Assembly: GCA_030141605.1 (NCBI GenBank) | Contig: JAQGDQ010000277.1 | Coordinates: 62,001-126,000 of the forward strand | Direction of reading: 5' to 3' | Origin: Tubiluchus corallicola | Lineage: Eukaryota > Animalia > Priapulida | DNA: 64,000 nt | Part shown: positions 54,094 to 64,000 of the stretch, piece by piece | Layout: every line of letters begins with the position of its first letter | How positions within the stretch are numbered: position 1 is the stretch's first letter | Made by a program: the position numbers and the translations under genes | The notes under the pieces: model-generated | What the model saw: only the letters and a program-made list of their open reading frames with translations | What the model was told of the DNA's origin: nothing | Database searches by the model: none

Positions 54094-54301
54094 AGTAAAT
54101 TATTCATTAATGAACTCATACTCAGTGTAATTAGTGAGCAACCGAAAGAAAGGATTTTAGTTGCAAATTTTCGATTTGTTTTCAAAGACAAAGAATGATG
54201 CATTCTTTCTTGAATAGAAATCGAAAATTTGGAACTAAGATCTTTGCCTTTGGTTGTTCACTAAATACACTGAATATAAGTTTATTAATAAATTATTTAC
54301 T
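54094..54301. repeat. ~208-bp imperfect palindrome (fold-back/MITE-like) with a ~2-nt loop
   Basis: Left agtaaattattcattaatgaactcatactcagtgtaattagtgagcaaccgaaag...aagaatg pairs with right cattctt...ctttggttgttcactaaatacactgaatataagtttattaataaattatttact. Confidence 0.9.
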
Positions 54302-55139
54302 CTATATTGTAAGGTAATTTTATAATGCGGTCTACATATTGTATAGTGTAAAAGTGGAAGACTTATGGCACAACTATAATTTAGTTGGTTACGTTGAATT
54401 TAAGGAAATGTTGGATGGAAGAGTTTTAATTCCGACTACCATTAGACTGAATGGATATGCCATTGTGTCGGCGCTTGTCTACCTGCAGCTTATTGTTTTT
54501 GTCCGCAGAGATGATAAAACAAGTACAAAGCTTGATTTTGTTATAAGATTAAACAGTTTATTTACAAGTACATTGTTTCACAACTTATCTGCAGGTGGAA
54601 TCCGGTCTAATCTTGCCGTTTTTGCAGCTTATGTTACAAAAGCACATGAGCTAACAGTTAATATGTCTTTGTTAAGGTCGCGGCAGTTTTTGTTTGGGAG
54701 GGAGTTTGAAATGTGTTGAACTGCTTTGGAAATTAAAGCGATTTGTCGGATGAAGGTCACACTTGTAATTATCTGACGATTAAGACCAGCCGATTAGAGC
54801 AACTCATGTGCGTATAACAAACGTATGATATAAGATCTTGCCACAGAAATATATCGGATTATAATCTAAGTTGTAATCTAAAAAATAATTATCAGTAAAC
54901 AAAGTATTCACATTTATTAAATTTTTGGAACCAAGCTACCGAATAACTAAAACCTGGATCCGAACCACGAACATTTGAGTTATAAATTTTTAGTTTTTTG
55001 TTTCAACGGGCCACAAGCATGGGTTGGTGAGCTATTAGAATAGCAATATGACTTGCCTTATTCATTAAGGTCTGCGTGGTATATTACTCAAATGCCGGGT
55101 TGTGTATAATAATTAGTAAGTTCAAATCCAGTCTCAGTT

Positions 55140-55370
55140 ACGAAAAGATAGACAGGGGAAAAGATGCACTGGCTAGACGGGCGAAAAGACAGATTGACGA
55201 AAAGATGCACAGTCGAAAAGGCAGACTGGCGAAAAGATGCACCGGCGAAAAGACAGATTGACGAAAAGATGCACCGGCGAAAACATACACTGGCGAAAAA
55301 ATAGATTGGCGAAAAATGCATTGGCGAAAAAACAGGCTGACAGAAAGATAGACAGGCGAAAAGATAATTG
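55140..55370. repeat. 16-bp tandem repeat (CGAAAAGATGCACCGG / CGAAAAGACAGATTGA), about 14 copies
   Basis: Direct reading; two unit types largely alternate. Confidence 0.9.
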
Positions 55371-55671
55371 GCCCAGTGGGTGATTACCGCTTGAATTTTT
55401 ACTCGAGAATTAATGTTGTATCTATTTTCTTCAAACTTTCCTGACAACTTTACTGAAAAATTTTCAAGATTCAATTAAACGAAAGTAGATGCTTTAAAGC
55501 TTTTTCTATATTTAAGGCGACAATATAGGCATCCAAAAGCAAATTTACATTGCGATGGCAATAATTGTTACCTTTGCAATTAGGTTTGCTGTGTTTATAG
55601 ATGTGGACTGCGTATATTAAATGAGTTTAAAAATATAATAATACTCTACAAATTTATGAAACAAAACAACA

Positions 55672-55677
55672 TTTATT
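55672..55677 (-). terminator. Candidate AATAAA polyadenylation signal of the homeobrain-like gene
   Basis: About 290 nt after the stop on the minus strand, followed by GU/U-rich tgttgttttgttt. Confidence 0.4.
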
Positions 55678-55963
55678 ACACGTAGGCTGTTATTTATAGC
55701 TCTTACACAATTCAACATGATCATCATTAATTATGAATTCGCAATTATTTACAATAATAATTATATAATTTAAATTCGCATAAATTAATAAGTAAATCAA
55801 ACAGTCATTAAAAGCCGACACAAAAGCCATTAAAAGCTCGTAGCTGCTTAATTGGCGTCACAGCATCACATAATTACCTGGCTGGCATGAGAAAAGCGGC
55901 ATGTATATTATAATGTTTAATGAGCCTGTATTCTCATTGTGGTGCATTAAAAGCTAATTACAT

Positions 55964-56491
55964 TTATGATTTGGCCTGTTCTGCCTGCGGTGATTTGTTT
56001 ATTCCTTGTTGTTCTAACGTAGCTGAATGTTCCTTAGCTTTTAATCTTAGTGCATCTATACTCGACCGTCTCATGTCCATTCTTTCCGTATCATTTGCCA
56101 GAGAAGGACGAATTGCGGCCATTACCGGTGACGTCATCGTCGTTGGCGTCATGCCAAGACACGCCGCTGCAGCGGCGGCGTTGTAGTAGTTTGTTAACAA
56201 GCTGCTCAGGTGGTTTTTCCCGGGAAAGTAGGCGGCGGCGGCGGCGATAGGGTTCAGTCCCTGATTTAGGGCCAACATTGGATTCATTCCGGTCAAGTTG
56301 GCGATGCCGGCCGGAAAAGCCGGAGACCAAAGGTGCTCAGCGCCAGGTGGCAGGCCATACGGAGTGGGCAGCCTCGCCGCCATTTCCACACCTAGAGGAG
56401 AGATGTCACCGTGATGCAGGAAACTGGGGCTCTCACGCCCCAGGGCCTTCTCCCGTTTTCTCCACTTAGCCCTGCGGTTCTGGAACCAAAC
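55964..56491 (-). CDS. hbn: Last coding exon of a Q50 paired-like homeobox gene with OAR domain, most likely homeobrain; upstream exons lie right of the window
   Basis: tttctctcgttccag|VWFQNRRAKWRKREKALGRESPSF...RRSSIDALRLKAKEH. PRD class and OAR are certain. The Hbn call rests on the WRKREK-ALGRESP flank (recalled, not searched) and on linkage to Rx; Arx/aristaless-type identity is not fully excluded, and Otp (KWKKRKK) is excluded. Confidence 0.75.
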   Translation of the reverse strand, partial: VWFQNRRAKWRKREKALGRESPSFLHHGDISPLGVEMAARLPTPYGLPPGAEHLWSPAFPAGIANLTGMNPMLALNQGLNPIAAAAAYFPGKNHLSSLLTNYYNAAAAAACLGMTPTTMTSPVMAAIRPSLANDTERMDMRRSSIDALRLKAKEHSATLEQQGINKSPQAEQAKS

Positions 56492-59400
56492 CTGGAACGA
56501 GAGAAAGCAATGCCTAGTTAGACAAGGATTATTGCTGAACCTGAATGTCAAGCAATATTAATTGAAGTATAATTATGTGCAATTTTCATTTTAGCTTATT
56601 ATCGGATTAGATGAAGCATTATACATAAACTATATGGCTAGAAACATCAAGTCTAGAGATAATTCGAAGGCAAACAATACTGATGAATCATTTCGCCGGA
56701 AGATCACAACCCTTAACCCATTCTCCTGCTAAGAAATTACTCGATTTCAGCGCCAAGTGAATTGGCGATAAAGCAAGTAGTAAATTAAGCTATTGTAAAG
56801 GTACAAAACTACAAGGTAAGGTTTTATTAGACACGCAATATTATGATTAGTTAACTTAAGTGCACAACGGGTTCTACAAGGGTCGGTCTGAGGCGGTTGC
56901 TATTTGGAAGAGACGGTGCACTTTAAGAAAAACTGATGATGTTTTATACTCGTGAGAAACTTAATTCCAACACAGAAGGGAATGTAGAGTCAAAGCATTA
57001 TCAAATGAAGTTTTCTCGTTTGGCTAGCAAACAAGTGTACGCGTATTTAGGCAAAGAGAGAGGGAGAAAAGAGAGAGAGAGAGAAAGAAAGAAGAGAAAG
57101 GGCGACAGGGAGAGAGCGAGAGAGAGAAAGAGAGAAAGTAATATATAAATAGAAAATGTTTTACATATAACTAGAGCGGAAAAAATATAATTAGATTATA
57201 ATATTATTATAATATAGATTATAGATTATTAAAATATATCAAAACGTCTTTAACCGTTAGTTTTAACATTATTTCTTCAAATTGCAGACTAAAGTTTATT
57301 ACTAAACTGCAGTACAGGTCGAAAGAAAGGCAGTTTTTTGGCTGATGTTGGTTTCGCTGGATTACCAGATAAGGACAAGCGAAATGTGCTTAGTTCACAA
57401 AGGTCACGTCTGCAAAGTCAAAGCATGGGGTTCGAGCGTAATCAAATGGCAAATCCCAGTTTCAGTGAATTATTTGCTTAACTAGTTTTGATACTTGACT
57501 TTTTCTTTCTTTTTTGTTCTTGCTTTTTCTTTATTCTTTCCTCTTTTCTTCTTCTCTTCTCTTTTTTCCTTTCCATTTCGTTCATTATTCATTCTTTTTT
57601 CATTCATTTACTCGTTCATTCATTCACTTACTCATTTATTCATTTATTTTCTCTCTTCTCATTTCATTTAGGATATGATAAGAGGAGCTTCAGTGTTACC
57701 CTTAAAAATAATATTATTCCTATAACCCCTATCATATAATTATAACAGTCTAAATGATGTAATGATAAAAAATTTGTTTGTAACTGAGAGTTGTGATACG
57801 AAAAATCAAGGTGTAATTGTGTGCTTTCACCTGAAGAAAACTGAAGAAAACATTTAAATAGCTAGGTGCATGAGTAAGAAACTGCTTGATTAATCAGTTA
57901 AATAAGTTAGCCGGTAAGCAGGTAGACAGGCAGCAAAGCACACAGAAGGACAATGAGGTGCGTGAACGGACCATATACACAACGAGACAAATAAAACGAA
58001 AACGACAAAGCGGCAGGTAGACAGTCGGACAGACAGTTATTCGGGGAAGGAAGACATGTAGACAAACTCAAACGCATGTTATTTAAGACGATTCGCATCT
58101 GTCAGGAAAAAGGTATTCCGTCAAGCTTTTGGGCATATACTGCTGTGTTGATTCTATAATTTTTATAAAATGATTTTAAGCTCAATAAATTCAATAAAAG
58201 AAGAGAGATGTGGCACATGAGATTGCAGATTGAAGTTCCGCGATGTACGTCGAAGGGTTAACCATCTTAACATAACATCTCGTTTTCACGCCTTTTCTTG
58301 AGTGGGATAATAAGATCAGAATCGAGTCGAGGAAAGCCATTAAACTTGGGATTCTCCACTTACGTTTTAATGACGAGTTATAATTCCTTAAGCAAACACC
58401 TGGATAACGTCTAATATCGCCTTAATTATGAAACAGTTAATAGACCTGCATGTGGCGCTGCAGTCGGATTAACACACCAAGTCGGAAATGAGCTACTGAT
58501 TCTTATGTGACAAAACACACGTCAGTCGCTGATTTTCAGAGCGAATGCCTAAATGCGTAAGGCCTAACATGAACCACTCTAGTTAGTAGTATCATATCAA
58601 TTGTTCCACTTATCTGGAGGAGGACTCGAAAGCATGTTGTTCCTCCTCCTCCTCACAGTGACTCGTTTATTTTATTTTATAATGTATAAAAAATTTGTAT
58701 GTATGTTTATATGTACGATTTGCTGTGGAATAAATTCATAATTCATAAACTTAGCAACTTAGACACAGGAATTGGGTTTATCAAATTGCCACATAATAAT
58801 GTGATTGATTCAGTCGTTTTTAGTTGCTACAGGTCTCTAGCTTAATCTTAATGAACTACCAAAGTGCAAACACACTATGCAGATAACAACCGCCTCTATA
58901 CTTAACCACCTCTCTTTTCTTAAGCAGTCCAAACGCGTCTTCCTTAAATTGCCAAGACAAACTGGATGGCATGTGATTGGTATTACAGAAAATAGCTTTA
59001 CAGTGGTAACGTGTCAATTGAGGCAATCATTCTCCTTCCTGTCCATTCAAAGTAGTAATAATAACCACAATGGAAAATATTATTAAAAATAATTCTCGTA
59101 TCATGTTTGGACGTGAAAAGAAAATTTTCCAATTTAGGCAACCACTTGTTGCCTTTGTGCACGTGTAATAAGCTATTCTTATGTTTCCAGTCACGTGACC
59201 TGAGCAAGTTTGTCGGTTTATTTAATGTAATGTCCTAGTGTATTAGTCTTACATGCATATTATTATTATAAGCTTTTGGATATAATTTCTCATTACTATT
59301 TAAACACAAGAATACACATTTATTAAGGGTTATTGTACATAGTTATACATATCGTGCCACGATGTGCTGGTTTATCCTATTGTCCTGTTATTCAAATCAC

Positions 59401-62400
59401 GGGAAATGACAAAACTAATAAAATTACAGTTAGACCTGAAAGGTAAAATATAAGTATTAATTACGGCAAGCGTGGGCTAATACAAGCTCCAAATTTTAGG
59501 TAATCAAAAGGCCTAACAGGCTGGCTAAGTTAGTCGCAGTCAATTACCGCAGAAAATATAACAACAATGCTTATTGCGACTTTAAAAAAAACAAATCAAC
59601 ATTGTATCATTCTTCTTGTTAATAAGAAACAAGAGAGCTACAGTCAGCTTATAAGAATTAGAAATATAAACGAAATGTGCCATCTTAAAACTACAGCTAA
59701 CGAAATAACGAGACCTATATACAGTGTATTTATTTGTAACAAAGAAACGTGGAGCACGATTTTGCACTTCATTCATTGGCTTGTTAATCATAAAGTGGAG
59801 AGTGAGTTAAAAATCTCACTTATAACTGAAGCATGACATTGCATTAATTTTACAAACATACACGTGTTAATTTTTATTAGGAACAGTGCAGAAAAACATG
59901 GATGAACCCTCTCCTTTGAAGATGTTGTATGTACAGTTTGTCCAAACAGGCAGCTGCAGCTCATGTAATTAAATTTCGAACAACGAATTTTGGTAATTGG
60001 GGAATAGAAGCAGATCGAACACTTAATCAAAAGCTTCAAATATCTGAAATAGTACGTCAGAAAAGAATACGATACGTGATTTTGCATACCGTGCCTTTCA
60101 TACAGTAGCAGCCTCTTGAAAGTGATTGAATATGTAGAGTATGTCTATATACATGTATATAGAAGACTCTTATATATGTAAGTGTCACCTGTTTTGCAAT
60201 TAAAATTTTTATCTTAGTTCCATGTAATTTAAAATAGAGATTTTGTTTCATTAAGGCTTGTAACTGTTTCTCAGAATTTTCTACCATTTTAAATGCGACA
60301 TTTACTTTTACTGTGAATCTCCCCTTCGAAAGTGGAAATTAACAAGGATAAAAATAGTTTTTACAGCCTTGCTCCATCTACATGAGTGGTTTTAGAGTTT
60401 AAAATAAGTTGATTTCGCTTATCACACACGAAGCGAATCTTTTGGATCACCCGGTAACATAGAACCGCCCTTTCAAAGTGACAAGCGTGCAGTTAATTTC
60501 GAGAACCTAACATCTTCCACAAATATTATCATGAAGCCGCTGTGTGGCGCTGAAACAACAGTGCAGTCAAAAACTGCGGACAATGCATGAGAATAGTTGA
60601 TAGCGCCACTAAAGGCTCTGGCAATCATGTCATTAAGCATTTATTAAGACAGGCAATTATGCGTCAGCTTCCCTTCTACGCACGTTATGTAGTAAATTGC
60701 GCCGTTGAATGCCGATGAACGTCTAATCAGCGTAATCAAGTATAATCACTCTTTCAATATTAATCTTAACTCAATTCGCGGATATTTTATGCTTGTGTAC
60801 ACAAGGGTTCCGTGCCACGTTGGATAAATATTAATAAAGCGGACATCAGTCAGGCAAAACACGCATGTTGGGCAGCAATTGGTGCCCTAATTGGTACCGG
60901 GGGAGAGGCATTTCTCATTTCTTAATAAACAAAATTAACAGTTAAGAAACGGAAAAAATACTACGTTTCAAACTACCGTTGCCGTTTATCTTCAGGTGAA
61001 AGAATGAGAAGGAAAACAGGAAAAAGATCACATGAAATACGATTTTTTGGGCGAGTTTCTTGTACTATTAACACACGGTGTTCGCTTAGAAAAGGTTGCT
61101 TTCATATAAAAACAACATAGAAGCATAACAAAATAAGAATAACAAGGAAAAAATACAGAAGTATAAGAACAATGGCCACAGTCGCAGACTGTGACACAAC
61201 ACAACAGAGTGAGACGCAACAAAAACTTATGTGGAACTTAGTTAATGTCATATTTCTAGCAAAAAAGGAAAACATAAAACAAAACAATTATTGAGGATTT
61301 AAACCTCTGATGCAGTGTGATTGTCCCACATCGTGCTTAATTTTGTGACGCAAATAGGCCTAAAGATGTAGCAAGCAGTGTGTCCTGTAACACTTGTGCC
61401 TTGGTGACAACAGACTTCTGGTGACAATTTGTCTATTGCAAGAGAAACATACATGCATATATATATATATATTTTCCCAAAAGTTTTCCTAAATCCATTT
61501 TGGACAAACAATCGTCATGTTATTAAAACGTTTTTGTTCAGTCTGCTCCTTCCGAATATTACAGTAAAAGAAGACATTTTACCCGAAATCGTATAAGTAA
61601 CAATTTAATCACGAGTTTTGCTAAACCAATTAGACTGTTAAATTGATTTCAGCTACAGCTAAATAAAGATCTCCGCTATTGTCAGAACGACTGTTACAGG
61701 CTGTCTGTATGACGTGATCTCCATACGCCCAGTATTTAATTGAATGGAAATGGCAGGAAATTAGCCGACGGCTATTATATGGGTCTTTACGTCGTAATTT
61801 ACTGGCGTTTCTCAGCTTGTAACAACGTATTTATTTTATGGCAATAAAGTGCACCCGGTCTTTGTCAGTCATGCTAATATATCTGTCTTTTATTGAAATC
61901 AATAAAAAGCTTATTGAGCAAGTTTCGGTCCATAAGATTGATAGAATACTAATAATGCAAAAGATATGCGCACGATGGAGTATGGTGTGCAATGAAAACG
62001 GAAAGAGGAAAAAAGAGAGAAGAAAGAAAGAAAGAAAGAAGATGTCGTTGTGCTGATTAACGTAGGAAAATTGAATCAGAATTTGATGACTAAGTAGGCA
62101 TTGATAAATAATTGTCAAAAAATTATTGCAGAAACTTAAAAATTGCTTAACAACGGTAATCGTTAAAAGATTTGTGTTCATTTGTTGACACAACCACTTC
62201 AACAAATGCTTTGTTTTATCAACAATATCGCCAAAAGTAAAGCTATTAAGAGATGATTTATATTAATTCTGTATAAATACAAATGAATACAAATCTGTAT
62301 TGTGATGAATCTGCTTAGAGACAAAGAAGTCGTTTATGCGGAGTTCACCAGCTACTACAGGAGTATTAGCAAAAGCGTAATCACTTTACGTAATGCGCAT

Positions 62401-64000
62401 TAAATTGCCCGTAAACTAGAGCGAATTTACGAATGGAGGTACGATTTTCGACAGTTAATTTCTGCTATTTTGCCGAAAGTTAAACCGTCTCTTTACAGAA
62501 TTGGCAGCATGTAGTGGGCTGGTGAAAGACGACCGGCGTACATATACATTATCGAATTACCGACTGAAATGCGGTCTAAGTTGATAATTATGAAGCTCAG
62601 CTTCGTACCTTTTTATAAATGGCGCATTTATTAGGCGACAACCGACTTGCTGCTTACTGCATTAATGCGCCTGTGCGAATTTCTAAGCCGCGTAATCAGC
62701 TGGTGGTTCAACCTGCACTTTGGCACAATAAGAATTAAAATGGTAAAAGAGGCATAAACATCTTGATGAAAAAGAATTCAGCGCCAAAGATGTTTTCCTT
62801 AATTTTTTATTTATGGTTATTGCTTCTTTTAATTGGTTGTTTCTTTAGTACTGCACCCAGGATAATATTTGTAAGTTTCAGTGTTTTGTGTCCGTGAATG
62901 TCACACCCCGTGACTGGATCAGCACTCAGGAAGTTAAGGAAAAATTAGCTCTGTCACAGCATGAGGTTGTTACAATGTGCTAACAATACTATGTGGACGT
63001 CTTTACTAACGTAAAGATGAGGAGGGAGAGTGAGGAAAAGAAAGCGTGTTGGAGTGAATGACTGTGAACGAGAGAACCACTGAGCTAACATCAACAGTTT
63101 TCTTACGTTCAATTGCTTGTCTGAACGTAGGTATGCATAACTGCCGAGAAGATGATTGTCTAAACGCACGACTGCCGCAAAAAAGATGATTGCCTGAATG
63201 TACGACTGCATGACTGTCGTAAAAATGGACGTGTAAAACCTTCTTGAGTTTAACAACAAAATTTCTATTAATCAGTATTTCTTTACTAGTTATTTATTTT
63301 CTAATTCTGAATGCGTTGTCATTATGCAGAGTATTCTAAAATAAACTGTACAGGAGAAATATAGTAAAGTGAACCTGAACTTCTGTGTTATGACATCATA
63401 ATGACGTAAAAGTACTTTATATTTCGCAGTACTTACTAGACTTTGTATGTTGCAATACTAAAGTCAAGCTGTTGTTAATGTACTAATTCTTTTGGGAAAG
63501 CCTGTAGTTACTGTCTTAAATTTAAATCAGAGCAGGGGTAATTTTTACGAACATGTTCTATTGGAACCTGCCAGGAGCATCGTGTCACTGTATACAGAGA
63601 AAACATTTGAAAAGCTAATTTTACCCTGTCAGGCGAATACAGACAGCAATTTCTGTGACATCAAAAGAAAACTGGAAAGTATTTCATCAGCTGATTAGGG
63701 CACGGCGTAAGGTTATTTCACTACACCGGCGTTAGTAAATTTACTATTATGCACAAAAAATTTGAAATTTATTAATGTCTGTACAAAACTGAACCAAACG
63801 GCTTGTTTGTCAATTGCATTAAGCAACTGATATTTTCTTCCATAGAGGTCAAGGCTGCAAATAAACTTATCGTCACCATCATCATCACACCATGACGACG
63901 ACGACCACCACCACCACCACCACCACCACCATCGTCATTGTTAACGTTATCATCACCATAATCATCATTGTCATAATTAATATAGTGGTTATACACACAC

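Noticed and set aside
54339-54719. 126-aa plus-strand ORF
   Set aside because: TTG start, no motif, no splice support.
55920-56469. Antisense and alternative-frame ORFs over the hbn exon
   Set aside because: Shadows of a GC-rich coding exon.
55964-56491. Identification as Otp or a second Rx
   Set aside because: The helix-3 flank is WRKREK, not Otp WKKRKK or Rx WRRQEK, and the Rx LPLDPWL motif is absent.
60440-60456. Tc1/mariner-like TIR (TTTGGATCACCCGGTA)
   Set aside because: No matching partner end found, so an element cannot be delimited.

Overview
AT-rich, microsatellite-dense genomic DNA from an animal (intron-containing genes, most likely a bilaterian invertebrate; the species cannot be fixed from sequence alone). 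There are no prokaryotic features and no CRISPR array. The window holds four main things. (1) A complete three-exon retinal homeobox gene, Rx (+ strand, 13763-28271, 339 aa), with octapeptide, Q50 paired-like homeodomain, Rx motif and OAR domain. (2) The last coding exon of a second paired-like homeobox gene with an OAR domain (- strand, 55964-56491), most likely homeobrain, tail-to-tail with Rx, i.e. part of the Hbn-Rx-Otp cluster. (3) Head-to-head with Rx, a 7-exon gene assembled by hand from splice sites (- strand, 11141-4700), encoding a secreted protein with signal peptide, a lone ZP-N domain and an EB/EGF-like module. (4) The first exon and duplicated promoter of a tandem paralog of that gene at the left edge. 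Non-coding highlights are a 31-bp minisatellite built from the Rx exon-3 splice acceptor in which each AG-bearing decoy copy gives an immediate stop, an 850-bp hexamer array that changes by single-base steps, two long inverted repeats, several MITE/SINE remnants, and many CpG- and TAAT-rich islands that look like enhancers. All alignments, translations and counts were done by eye.
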